Shown: positions 1-12,224 of the stretch, piece after piece
Position numbering within the stretch: the stretch's first letter is position 1
Layout of the letters: every line of letters begins with the position of its first letter
DNA from: Vicugna vicugna
Taxonomy: Eukaryota
DNA length: 64,000 nucleotides
Direction of reading: 5' to 3'
Assembly: GCA_013265495.1 (NCBI GenBank)
Contig: MU058824.1
Span: 620,001-684,000 of the forward strand
The notes under the pieces: model-generated
What the model was told of the DNA's origin: nothing
Seen by the model: only the letters and a program-made list of their open reading frames with translations
The model's database searches: none
Made by a program: the position numbers and the translations under genes

Positions 1-414
1 ACTGTTTCACTTTTTGGAGGGTCCTGAATAACAGTAAGATCTGTTTGTGGTAGGAGAGTCCTCACTGACTTCAAGGGATTCCACTGTGAGTCTGTTTACT
101 CTTGATAGAACTTACAACTTTTTCTTCTCTGATAATGTTCGCTGTAGGCCAAAAAACTATTGTCATTGCCTTGTTCACGTTAATAAAGATTAACCAATGA
201 GATTACTTCTGTCTATCAGTTCACTTCTCCCTTGCATGGAGCTCGGGTACCATTAGGGATGTTCTGGTGGGCTCGTCCCGCCAGCTCTTCAGGTCATCAG
301 TGCTGCACATTAAGCTCTGGGAAGGGAACAGGCTTTGTCCTCTCAAAAGTCTGCCGAGTTCTGACTCTCAGATACAGCGTTCATTGTTAACAGATAGAAA
401 TCGGGTGACTCAAA

Positions 415-595
415 CTATGTGCCATGTGCCATGTGCCATGTGTTATTTCAAATGCTGCTTCCAACCAACCTTAGAAGCTAAGTACTGTCATCATCCCTGT
501 TTTACAGAGGCGCAAAGAAGTTCAGTACTTGTTCAAGTTCACACCAAGATTCGAACCCAGGTAGTCTTACTTCAGAGCCTCCATTCTTAACCGTG
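415..595 (-). mobile_element. MIR SINE fragment, with an (ATGTGCC)3.7 tandem repeat at its edge (417-442)
   Basis: Antisense MIR core 'atccctgttttacagagg' and B-box-like 'gattcgaacccagg'. Confidence 0.7.
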
Positions 596-639
596 TCCAA
601 TGCCAGCCTCATGCTCATTCATTTGTAAGTAACCTGTTC

Positions 640-1120
640 TTTCTTTCTAAAAGCTTATATTTTTAATTTATTCTTAAACTTTGGAAATTTCACGAAGATA
701 TGTCTAAATGTGTGCCTTTTTTTCATTTATCCTTCCTGTCATTCAGTGAGTGCTTTTGGTCTAACAACTCTAGTCTCCTCCTGAGGGACGTTTTCTTGCA
801 CTATGTTTTGAGTATTGCGTTCTCCAGTGTGATTTTTGCTCTCCCTCTAGAACTTCTTTTATTTACAAGTAGGCCTCCTAGTCCTGCCCTCTGGTTCTCT
901 CTCTCTCTCTTTTTTTTTCATTCAGGAATTCCATTTCTTTTTATTTTTGCCCTGGATAGTGTGATAACTCATTCACTTGCTTTTCCAAATAACGAATTTT
1001 TCTTCAGAAAGAAATTTTTCTTTTACTTTTTACTTCCTAATTTCAAATTTGTAAGTTATAAATCATGTTTAAAGAATTTCCCTGTCTATTATTTTGTGCT
1101 GGTTATTTTTTTTGCATTCA
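640..1120 (-). mobile_element. Old L1 fragment (ORF1-like), highly decayed
   Basis: T-rich tract with 'ctctccctctagaacttctttt...' resembling antisense old L1; the 143-aa ORF here is low-complexity. Confidence 0.4.
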
Positions 1121-1134
1121 GTATCATATAAATA

Positions 1135-1380
1135 CACTATAACCAAGTAAACCCAGTTTTTTTTAGATATGTGAGGCTGTTTCAACATTAGGAAATATTA
1201 ATGTACTGTATCACTTCAGTAGATCAAGGGAAAAAAATCTTAGGGTAATTTCCACAGACATTGTAAAGGTATTTGATAAATCAGTATCCATTCTCGATTA
1301 AAAGAAAAAACCAGAACAGCTCTTGGTAACCCAGGAATTGAGGGATACTTCCTTAATAGCCATTGTCATACTTAACTTTG
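1135..1380 (+). mobile_element. L1 ORF2 reverse-transcriptase fragment
   Basis: Decayed match to the QVGFIPGMQGWFNIRKS...[13 protein letters not shown]...LGIEG region ('gtttcaacattaggaaa', 'gtatttgataaatcagtatccattc'). Confidence 0.75.
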
Positions 1381-1444
1381 AAATATTTAAGCATTATTTC
1401 CCAAGTGTACTCCTCTGAATGGTGGATCTGGTGTTTTATATATT

Positions 1445-1850
1445 AGTTAGGTGTATTAGGGTAAAGCAAGGTGTTATAACAAACACCAACATCTTAGCAA
1501 CTTAACACAATAGAAACTTATTTCTCCATCACGTAATAGTCCATTGTGGATGTTTCTGCTTGATAAGACAGTTTTTCTCTCTATGGTGATTCTGGGACTC
1601 GAATTCCTTGCATCATGTAGCTCTCCCTTTCCCTGCGGCCTTGAAATCTTCTGTTTCTAGCTGGTGAAAAAGCAAAGATATGGTGGAGAATGCATACTGT
1701 CTTCATAGTTGCTTTAGCTTGGATGTGACACACGTTTCTCCTTACATTCCCTTATTCCATTAGCCAGACAGGTGACCTCTCCTGTCTGTAAAGTGTGTGA
1801 GTGGTGGGGGAGGGGAATGGGAAATAGTATCTGGCTGGGCAGCTACAAGT
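1445..1850 (-). mobile_element. Ancient MaLR solo LTR (MLT1K/L-like)
   Basis: 'tgtattag...ataacaaacaccaacatcttagcaacttaacacaatagaaacttatttctc' is typical of the antisense end of old MLT1. Confidence 0.6.
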
Positions 1851-1899
1851 AGGGAAATAGGTAGGCATCTGTAGTTGGCAGGAGAAGGTATGACCATCT

Positions 1900-2640
1900 G
1901 AATGGAGGACACTGTGGTAATGTCTGTGAAATTAAAAATATACATATCTTTTGACCTTAAAACTCCACTTCTAGCAGTTTTTCCTGCAGATGTATTTGCA
2001 AATATGTGCATATTTACATTTTAAGGATATACTTAGCAATACTGTAATAGCAAACGATTGGAAATATTCTGAATGTCCATCAAGGGGGTCTGGATGAATA
2101 AGGTATTGTACATCTGTCCAGTTGGACCAACACCCTGCAGCCACTAAGAGAAACAAGGCAATGATATGTGTACTGCCTGAGGGGAGAAAAGCAAGGTACA
2201 GAACTGTGTGGACTGCTACTGTTTATTTAAAAAGAAATGTATGCTCATATATTTGTAGAACATTTGTGAAATGATCACAAGAAACTGGTAACAGTGGTTG
2301 CTTCTGTTTAAAACTATAAATTAATGGAGGATGGGAGAGAGACATGCTTTTAGTGTGTACTCTTTTATACTTGTGATACGCATCTTTTTAAATAAATATA
2401 AAAGTCAATTGTAAAAGTGTAATAAATAACATGGAAAGATGCTTGTAATATATTTTGCCTGAAAAAAGCTGCTTACGGAAAAGAATGTACAATATGGTCT
2501 TATTTTTATAATTGAATAAAATTTTAAAATGGCATATAAAATATAGTGCTTTATTTGTGGTTTTTGCTTATCTGTATTTTTTATTTTTTAATAATGAACA
2601 TATATCACCTTTGTAACTTAAAAGATTATGAAAATAAAAA
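1900..2640 (+). mobile_element. L1ME-type 3' end fragments
   Basis: 'tttgaccttaaaactccacttctag', 'aatgtccatcaaggggg', 'aaactggtaacagtggttgcttctg'. Confidence 0.7.
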
Positions 2641-3789
2641 AAGAAACACAGTGAAAACTTTTCCTGGGAGTCTTAAGTTAATCCTGTCATGAAATCTTTC
2701 CCCATTTTCCTGTTAAGATTGATGAATGCCTTTTTTTGTTTCCATGCTACATTTTTCATATATTTATCACACTCCAAATTGCATTATCTTGTACACATCT
2801 GGCTCACCTATTCTGTGCACTCTTTAAAGATCTGAATCACACCAAATTCATCCAGGTATCCCTGTCAGTGCCAAGAACAGTGCCTTTCCCATAACAGGTG
2901 CACACTGAATATTGAGTTGATGCTTAAAGCAGAGAACACAGTGAGTACAGTGATTGTGAATTTTGCTCTTGCACAATGCAGCCTGTATTCAATACTGTAC
3001 CAGATTCACTGACTCTTTAGTAAAGCCAGTGACTGACTGGGTGGAGGTCAAAGTACATGGGTCACAAGGTTTCCTTTCCAAAATGATACTGGTTGCCTTC
3101 AGGGATCACTGTCTCTGCATCATAAATTAGTGTAGGTCTGTTACAGAAACACATGTTGTAAAAATTGACATAAAGTTAAATAACTATAAGAAAGATCAAA
3201 CTGTTGATGACATGGTCCCTGTTTTGACACAGGTGAGACACTCCTATCTGTGTGGTACTTTAATTTTAGACCAGTTTCCTCCTACTTTTCTCTTCAGACT
3301 ATTTCCCTTTCCTCATTTCTGTTCTTTTGCTACAACCCCTCCTTGTACACATTGCTGTATTTTTGATGCGGTCATCAGGGTTTAGTTATGAATGAGTGAG
3401 AAGAAATGCAAATAGTAGAATTGGGAGCTGATAACTTCACTTGCAGCTATAAGATTTTTGTAAGTTGAAAATTGCTTGAGAATAGATTTGATGGCCTGGG
3501 TTCTCTGCATCTCCCAGTTTTATTGCCACGATGACCTTATCCTTCTTGTTTCTTTCCTATGTTCTAGTCAAAGAAGTTTCTTATAGGGTCTTTCCTTGAG
3601 GCCTTTCCTTTTCTTACTGGGAGATCTTCTGCTTGTATCCATTGATTTAAATATTACCTTCCCATAAAGAGTCAGTTCAGATGCTACCTCTTCAAAGAAG
3701 TCATTGCTGACCCTTCCAATCAGTTTCACTCTTTATTCATTCTTCCATTAAATTGTTATGCCTCCATTAGAGCACTAATTACAGTTCAT

Positions 3790-4250
3790 TGGTGTATTCA
3801 TTCTGTGCACATTCATTGATGTGTACAGTTCACATGTTGTTCTGGGAGCTAGGGTAGGAGACCACTATGGCAGTCCGTCCTTCCGTAGTGGAGGAGGCAG
3901 ATAAGCAGAAGAGTTGAGTCCCATGTAATAAGTGCATTTGCAGGAGTGTGCAGGTGTGTGCAGGATTCTGTGGGAGCATAGAGAGGGTGCATCTAATCTA
4001 GCAGGGGATGGGGAATTCCAGAAAGATTTGAGTTGAACAGCATGTTGTATGTCATGGAGATATGAAATGTCTTCTGAAGAATGGTAAGGAGGCTGGAGTG
4101 AGGATGGGGAAAGTGGCAGGAGATGAGGCCAGAGAGGCAAGAAGGAGTGGAATCCTGATGGGCCTTTTGTGCCAAGCTAGGAATGTGGACTTTCTGAAAG
4201 CAGTGAAGAACCCGTGAAGGATTTTATGTGGGGAGCAATGCGAGTAAGCC
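3790..4250 (-). mobile_element. L2 fragment
   Basis: Purine-rich antisense L2 pattern ('gatgaggccagagagg...ggcctt...gtgccaagctaggaatgtggacttt'). Confidence 0.6.
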
Positions 4251-4254
4251 TTGA

Positions 4255-4360
4255 ATTCTGTAAGTTTTTTGAGGGCAGGAATCAAGTCTTATATATCAAT
4301 ATATCTGTTTAGCACCTCATACAGCACTTAATATGTAATAGAGGCTCAGTAGTTGAACGG
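4255..4360 (+). mobile_element. L2 3' terminus
   Basis: 'taagttttttgagggcagga...agcacctcatacagcac...ggctcagtagttgaa'. Confidence 0.55.
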
Positions 4361-4429
4361 GATTTGCTAGGTAGTGCTTCAGTTTTTTTTTTTGAAGACT
4401 TGATTTATCTGAAATAGTAATAGTGTTGA

Positions 4430-4860
4430 ATACTTTTTGCACTCCATCAAATCTACAAGCATTATCTTACCTAATCTTTACAACTACTATCTGAGGTAGG
4501 TATAGTGGCTTAGAGAGTTTAAATGAGGGGATTCTAGTGTAGTAGTTACATCTGCTTAGGTTTGAATTTCAGCCCCTCAATTTGCTATCTGTGGACCTGA
4601 AAGTTACATATATGCCTCAGTTTCCTCATATGATAATGACAATAATGATACCCACCTCATATCTCATTGGGTATTGTGAGGATTAAGGATGTATGTAACT
4701 ACATGTAAAGTACTTGGCCCTATAATTGCTAAGTCAGTGCATGCTCAATAAATGTAATTCTTAGCTATTAAGAAAAACACCCCAAAGTCACATGAGCAAT
4801 TAGTGGTGAAGCCAGTGTGAACAAGGCAGTCATATTTCAGAATCTTTACTATGTTATAAC
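4430..4860 (-). mobile_element. MIR (outer, antisense), interrupted by a second MIR
   Basis: Left part '...gaggtaggtatagtggcttagagagtttaaat' continues as 'cccaaagtcacatgagcaattagtggtgaagccag' after ~4780. Confidence 0.6.
4530..4770 (+). mobile_element. MIR (inner, sense)
   Basis: 'ggtttgaatttcagc', core 'gcctcagtttcctcat', 'gtgaggattaa', tail 'gctcaataaatgt'. Confidence 0.8.
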
Positions 4861-5424
4861 TGCTTCTGTGTTTATAGAGAGATGATTAAAGATGGGCTCT
4901 AAGCAGTGAAACAAAACAAAGAATTTCAGTCAACGTGGGAAATGATATTTAGGGTACGGAAGTCTTCTTAGGGACTCTTCACATTACCCACACTTAAAAA
5001 CTCTTCTTTGCTACACCGCCTGCATATAAGGGACCTATTTGAGAAATACATGTCTATAATTTGGGCAAAATGACATTAATTCTAGGTTTATAATGCACAG
5101 GGTTAATGAAGAATATCTTGGAGATATTGGAGAATATCTTACAAAGGTCTCCCTTTAGGAGTTGGTCTACTAGTGCCAACACCTGGTATACCGTGTCATG
5201 CCTTGTTGCTCTGTTCCCCAGCTCCATACTCCTTAGATTTTTCCAACTTTAGGACCCAAGTGGGAGTCATGTTGGAGGATGTTGTGCAAACCACATGCGT
5301 AAAGAAAATAATTTACATTTTTCCTTTCTTAGCTTCTGGAACATCAGTGATTCCATCCTCCCACTTCTATTGGGCAGAAATTGAGGTATTCTCCTTATGC
5401 TCCCTCATCTTCTCCAAAACCTAC

Positions 5425-5467
5425 CACACACACACACACACACACACCACACACACACTCTCTCTCT
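5425..5467. repeat. (CA)n-(TC)n compound microsatellite
   Basis: Directly visible. Confidence 0.95.
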
Positions 5468-5634
5468 GTACCATACATGTCAGAGGGATCCAGCCTAACT
5501 ACTTTTTTTCTGGTTCAAGGACCCAAGAAAACACAAAGTCTTTAGTAATAAAGGAGCCCACCAGCAGTGCCCACCTTCTCCATTCCTACCCTCTCCACTC
5601 TGTCTTTTAGCTTTCTTTTCTCTGTTTCTTTGCT

Positions 5635-5705
5635 CACCGTTGTATCCCTCTGTCCTTTGCACAATGCCTAGTATATAGTAGGCATTCAATAAATAGTTTT
5701 TGAAA
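5635..5705 (+). mobile_element. L2 3' terminus
   Basis: 'gcacaatgcctagtatatagtaggcattcaataaata'. Confidence 0.65.
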
Positions 5706-6947
5706 GAATACAAGAAAAGCAAGATGCTTTGTATATTCAGTATCTTAATGATATTCAGTTACAGAAAAATGGACCAAAAATGTTGCCTTGCTTTAAATTT
5801 TTTTTGAGAGCAGATTGTTCTTAGCAAGTGGGGCTCACCTTTACCTCCCCTGCCAAATTAGAGCTCCTTCAACTTCTAGATTTATTTGGTTACCCTGAGT
5901 ATAGCTCTGGTAGTAAAGGAGCTAAATGGATGCCCCACAAATTTGGAGGTGATATCCAGATTGGAGGCAGGTTTGTTTCATGGGATTGGTTATTTTTCCA
6001 AGTTCTTCTGCAATTTCATGACTTCACAACAGAAAAATTTCCACAGATTTAAATTCAGAAAGGACATTAATGAATCATGGGAGACATACTACGTGCTGTT
6101 AGAAAGGGGTGGGGAGAAAATAATCTGAGGAAAGTAGAAGATATCCAGAAAGCCCAAGTTCATTGTTTCAACTTACTTTTTAGGGTTAAAACCTCCTTGG
6201 AAATCACTGGCTTCTATAGACTTCCAACCTGGAGGGCAGCAGATCTGATTCTCTTTGTTTCCAGTTTTTGAGCCCCTTGCTTACCTCATCAGTTGTATTT
6301 GAAATTGTAGTAGTCTTCTCCCCTTAATTTCTACCTACTTCAACCCTCTCAAATACCTTTTCTCCCACCAACTCTCATAACTTTTTATAATTTTTAATTA
6401 GTTCAAGTTGGTTGACATCATTTGTTGCTAAAACCTGCAAAATTATAGCTATAGATATCCAGGCCATAGTCCAAAATAAGTACCCTTCATAATTCTGGCA
6501 TCTATAAGAACTCAAGTTTATGTAAACAGTGATGCTGAGACAACTCCCCTCTCACTGGTTTCCTAGGAATGCCTTTAGAAATGTGAAAAAGAGGCTTAAA
6601 CTCTAGGAACTTATCTTTGCCTGAAAGTCCAGAATTATGTTAGTCTGGGCCATGGTGATGTACAAGTAGACTATGTAGACACAGTCAAAGCAGTGGCCCT
6701 GGTCATTCAGGACTTTGATTGGCTTTGGGTCTCATATGATGTACTTCAATATGCAGAAACGATCTCCGTCCAAAAATGAAGAACATCTGCTACTAGAGCC
6801 CAAGTATCGTGTGTATGTGTGTGTGTCTACAACCTGGAGGTAGTCTCCAAGACTTTAAGAGAAAGTGGTACCCAGGTGATACCCAGGTTTACATTTGGTA
6901 TGCTTTATACACAAGTCTTGTTGCCAGCCTGCTCTGTCTCCAAACTT

Positions 6948-9140
6948 CCTTAAGAAATCAGAAAAAGAAGGCCAATTAAAACCAAAGCAAGTAGACAAGT
7001 AGTAGAAGTCAGCCAAATAGAAGAGACAGTAAAGAAAATTAACAAAACCAAAAGTTTGTCCTTTGAAAGTATAATAAAACTGATGAGCCCTTACCATGAC
7101 TGATAAGGAGAGAAAACAGAAATTGCCAGAATTTGGAATGAAAGAGGAATATCACTATAAATCGTACTGACATTAAAAGGTTAATAAAGGAATATTATGG
7201 AAATTTTATGCCAGCAAATTCAACAAACTAGCTATTTTCAAATTCCTTTAAAACACAGCTTACTAAAGCTAATACAAGATGGAACAGAAAATCTGAATAG
7301 CCCTATATCTAGGGCTATTTAAAATCTATTTAAAATTTTGAGTTTGCGATAAAAACCTTCCTGTGAAGAAAACTACAGGTCCAGATGGTCTATCTGGTGA
7401 ATACTATGAAACATGTAAAGAAGAAATAATATGAACGTTAAACAAATTCAAAAAATGCAGAATGAGGGAACATCTTACAACTCATTTTATGAGGCAAGCA
7501 TCACCCAAATACCAAACCTGAGAAAAATACTTAAAGAAAATTGCTGATCAATATTCCTTGTGATCTTAGACACTGCAGTAGACTGAATATGTCCCCCCAA
7601 ATTCATATGTTGAAATCCTAACCCCCAATGTGATGGAGAAGTCAGCAGCCTGTGACCTGGAAGAGGAGAGACTCTGGATCTGCTGGTGTCTTGACCTTGG
7701 ACTTCATAGCCTCCAAAACTGTCAGAAATAAATGTTTGTTGTTTAAATTCACCCAGTGTGTGGGGTTCGGTTATAGCGGCCTGAACTAAGACAGAAATAA
7801 AAATCCTTAAAGAAATATCAGCAGATTGAATCCAGCAGTATATAAAAAGATTAATGCATCACAATCAATTGGGGTTTAGTCCAGGAATACAAAATTGTTT
7901 AATCCAGAAATTAATGTATTTCACATTTTAATATAATAAAGAAAAAAACCATATAATCTTTCAGTAAGTACAGAAAAAGCATTTCACAAAATTCAAAAAT
8001 TTTTGACTCAGCAAATCAGGAATAGAAAGAAATTTCTTTAACTCGATGAACAACATCTATAAAATACCGGTAGCAGCATCATATTTAACACTGAAATATT
8101 GAAAGAACAAAGTATGCACGTCCTCTCTTACTACTTCTGTTTTAATACTGCACTGGAGCTCCTAGCCATTGCAATGAGGCAAGAAAAGGAAGTAAAAGAC
8201 ATAAAGCTCGGAAAGGACATAATTCTGTGAATAGAAAACCTTAAGGAATCTATAAAACAACTTCTGGTACTAATAAATGAATTTATGAAGGCCACAGAAC
8301 ACAAGATCAATTACATTTTTATGAATCACCTGAAAATAATTGGAAAATGCAATTAAGAATATAATTCTGTATCAGATAATACCAAAAACCATAAAATACT
8401 TAAGAAGTGGATCACAGATACAAATGTAAAATCAAGAACTATGAAGTGTTTAGAAGAAAACACGCACTTGGTTATGTCAAGGATTTCCTAGAAGGAGCAT
8501 AAATAGCACTAAACAGAAAGGAAAAAATTGATAAATTGGAATGAAAAATTTTACTCATTGAAAGTTACCGTAACAAAAATGAAAAAGGAAGACACAGATT
8601 GGGAGAAAACATTTACAATATACGTATCTCCTACAAATCAATAGTAAATAGGCAAGCAACCCAATACAAAATTGGCAAAAGGCTTGAGCAGGTAGTTCAT
8701 GAAGGAAGATGTACAAATAGCCAATAAGCACATTTAATTGCTCATTACCATTAGTCTTCAGGAAAAATGCAAATTAAAATTAAAATGAGATACCATTTCA
8801 TATCTGTTAGAGGGGCTAAAATTAAAAAGACAACACCAACTGTTGGTGAGGATGTGGAGAAACTGCTAGTGGCAGTATAAAATTATGTAATCATTTTGGA
8901 AAAAATTTGGCAGCTTCTTGAGAAATTAATCATATACCTGTGCTGTGGCCAAGCAATTCTACTTCTAGGTATTTATCCAGAAGAAATGAAAACATACGAC
9001 CACAAAAGGACATGCAAAAAAATGTTCACAGGAACTTTTTTATACTAGCCCCAAATTAAAAAGAATCCAAATATCAACAGAAGGATAAATTCTGGTATAA
9101 TTCATATGAAAGAGTACTACTCAGCAAGAAAAAATATTAA
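6948..9140 (+). mobile_element. L1 (L1MB/MC-age) ORF2 to 3' region, decayed, with internal deletions
   Basis: Colinear motifs 'aacaaaaccaaaag', 'caggtccagatgg', 'caactcattttatgaggcaagcatcacc', 'atgcaaattaaaattaaaatgagataccatttc', 'gcaattctacttctaggtatttatcc'. Confidence 0.9.
7574..7793 (+). mobile_element. MLT1A-like solo LTR (internally deleted), inserted in L1 ORF2
   Basis: TG...CA ends; 'ccccccaaattcatatgttgaaatcctaacccccaatgtgatgg', 'gaccttggacttc...agaaataaatg'; the L1 resumes on both sides. Confidence 0.85.
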
Positions 9141-9229
9141 ACATTTATAAAACGTGATTATATAGTGGGCCAGATAGATAAATTTTTATTTCTAAAAGCA
9201 GAAAATGTATAGGCCATAGTCATGATGAC

Positions 9230-11225
9230 AATACCATAAAAATTTGAAATTGATTAAAGCAAAAAAACCCCCTGAACTCTTGAATAAATCAAAAGACACT
9301 CCTAAATCACTTTTTGGGGCAAAGGGAAAACATATGCATTAATGACAATGAAAACTGCTCCTAAAAACTTAAGGGTGTGGCCGAAGCAGTACTTAGCAGA
9401 TTTGTTGTCTTAAACATATATTTAATATTAAATATGAAAAAAGGGCAGAATAACTGATTGACAAAATTAGAAACAAAATGACTTTTAACTGAGGATGTAG
9501 AAGAAACTAATAAAGTTAAATGTGAAAATTACAGAATTGGTAAACATAAAGAGAGTGAAACGATAAATCCATTTAATATGTTGAGAAAAAGCAAACAAAA
9601 CCTCTAATTAAGGCCAGTCAAGGAAGAAGAAAGGAAAATCAGCACAACAGAATTGGAAGTGGGCATGAAACCGCAGATGTGAGGGAGATAAGAAATCACA
9701 AGTGAACATGATGCTCATCTTCAAGCTAATGGATCTGAAAGTCATGATAAAATGGATGATTTGATGATTTTCTAAGGGAAAAACAATTAGGTTTCCAAAA
9801 TTAATTAAAGATCTGCATAAGCCATGACCCATACTAGAAATTGTAAAGATTATCAAATATCTTTTCCACCCAGAAAGCATGAGACTGATGATTTTATGGC
9901 TAATTCCCAGAAATGTTCAATGAACAGATACTTCTTTTGTTAAGTGAATATTTTTGGATGTTAGAAATCTCCTCAATTCATTTTTTTTGAAGCAGACCTA
10001 ATTCTGATACTTAAATCTGATAAAACTAATGTACACACACAAGTGTATCAATCTCACCTGTGAAAATTGATGTAAATATTCTATAGGAATATTATAAAAT
10101 TGATTCTTGTACTATGTTAAACATATTATAACCATGTAATGTAGAGCTTATTTCAGGAATTTGTAGATAGTTCTACATGAAATTTATTCATGTAATGCAT
10201 TATATTAAATAGGCTAAAAGAGTAATAAACATGATGCCAGAAGGCATTTAATACAACTTACTATCTGTTATTGATAAAACTCTTAGTAAGGTAGGACTAG
10301 AAGATTTCCCTTAATATACTAAAGCTTAATTATGAGAAACTAAGAATAAAATTAATGATGAAACCTTAGAAACATTAATTAGAGGTGCCAAATATCACTG
10401 AAAATATTTAACATTATTATGGGGACTCCTGGACATTGCTTTAAACAAAATAAGTATAAATACTGGAAAGAAAAAGATGAAATTATCATTACCCGGAAAA
10501 TACTTAGAAAATATAAGTGAATGAAATGAAAAACTTTTAGTGTTATGAATTATTGGTAGGCTGTCTGGTTAATGTGTGTGTGCCCATATATACACATAAA
10601 TATCTTATCACATACATACATTTGTATGTGTATACGTGTATACATAATGCATGTTGGTTTCCCATGCATATATGAACCAGTACAAACTAACAAAAATCAA
10701 CACAAACCAGCTAGAAAATATAATAGAAAAAATATTTCTTTCATAATTGCAAAGAAAATAGATGAATTAATTTAGCAAGAAATATGCAGGACTATATGAA
10801 GAAAGCAACAAAACTTCCTGAGGGACAAAAGAAGACTTCGATAAGTAGAGAGACAGAGCATATTTCTGGATGAAAAGACTCAAAGTGATAAAAATGTGAA
10901 TTTCCTCTAAATTACTCTATAAATTCTAATCTAAATCCCAATGATAGGTTTCAGGAATTTGAGAAAATGATTCTAAAGTTGGATGGAATTACAAACATTT
11001 AAAAATATCTACAACGTTGTACATCAACTATACTTCAATTAAAAATACCTAAAAAATATTTTAAAAAGAAATGAAGGGAGACTTGCCCTATAAGTTATTG
11101 AACCATATGGTGAAACTATGATTTGTTCTGTGTGGAACTGGTTCAGAAATAGGCAGATCACAAGAATAGAATCAAAAGTCTAGAAGTGGTTACAAGCGTA
11201 TGTGGTTTATTAGCATATAATGAGG
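9230..11225 (+). mobile_element. Older L1 (L1ME-like) ORF2 fragment
   Basis: 'ccgaagcagtacttagcagatttgttg' (KAVLRGKFI-like), 'aattcattttttttgaagcag', 'tgaagggagacttgccctat'. Confidence 0.75.
11012..11045 (+). mobile_element. Ultra-truncated young L1 3' tail with TSD
   Basis: 'caacgttgtacatcaactatacttcaattaaaaa' flanked by aaaaatatcta (11001-11011) and aaaaataccta (11041-11051). Confidence 0.65.
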
Positions 11226-11339
11226 TTATAAATTTATTATAAATTCATGTAACAGCAGGAAAATGTTGTATTGTAAAGAAATAGCTTTGGGTGGGGTACT
11301 AGTTAACTTACTTAGGGAAAAGCATTTTGGAGCTTTCCT

Positions 11340-11560
11340 GTTCCAATTGCTCCCAATATGTTAAATCCCTCCAACTTCCAATATCTTTCCAATCCTCTGC
11401 AGCCACTTCCAATTCGCTCCATTACGTCTTTGTGCAAAATTTCTTTCATATTCTTTCTTGAATTCAACTTTAACTTCTTCCTTACCATCTTTCCCTTTCC
11501 TGGACCTGTTTTCCAGCTGATAATTCTCTCCCTTTCCAAGGTAAGACCTCACAAGTCTTT
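11340..11560 (-). mobile_element. Possible ancient RTE-clade LINE C-terminal fragment
   Basis: Minus-strand peptides IISWKTGPGKGKMVRKK and ELEVAAEDWKDIGSWRDL resemble the RTE C-terminal W.P.GKR..GRPK...A.DR..WR pattern. Confidence 0.3.
11517..11540 (+). other. Candidate 24-nt microexon (unverified)
   Basis: Long pyrimidine tract then ttttccag|CTGATAATTCTCTCCCTTTCCAAG|gtaaga; length is a multiple of 3. Confidence 0.2.
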
Positions 11561-11809
11561 TTGGCTTCACACACCTATTTACCTTAAGAAGGCTTTATTA
11601 CTGGATTGGACAAAACAATCTTTTTTTGAGGGATGTTGAGGGATGTGAGTGGATTTGGTCAGTTCTTATTAGACAATTGTGGAATTTCCTTTGTAGTCTA
11701 AAGAAAAGGCAGTGAATACTCGGGTGTTGATATTTTTGTCACCATCTGAGTTACATAAACTGTGGGTCATTCATGAATTGGAATGCATTCATTACAAATG
11801 AAATCAAGA

Positions 11810-12005
11810 TAGTGATTTTCAGACTGATGTGGTCCTACTGAGATGGCTTAGAGGCTGCCAGAGGTAGACACAGACTAGGACTCGCAAACAGGGTGTGACT
11901 TCTTAAAGGTACTACAACCAGAGCAATATTTATATATTGAGGATTCACATAAAGTTTTGTTTCAGAAAAGATTTCCACTAAAACTAAAAAGTTTGAAGAT
12001 CACTT
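11810..12005 (+). mobile_element. hAT-Charlie-type MITE
   Basis: Imperfect TIRs agtgattttcagact / agtttgaagatcact (13/15 match). Confidence 0.6.
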
Positions 12006-12224
12006 CTCATAAAAACAATTAAATGATAAATATGTTCAATGGGCAATAATAAATTTAAAAAACAGCCTAATTTGTAAATTAAAAGGAACACATGGCTACA
12101 AAAAGCACTTATCAGTAGTTGTATCTGAGCTGTGGGAAGTGAACAATTTTATTTACTCCTTTGTCTTTATTTAAAACATTTTATAGTGACAACATATTAA
12201 TGTTATTTATTTTTATTTCTATAC

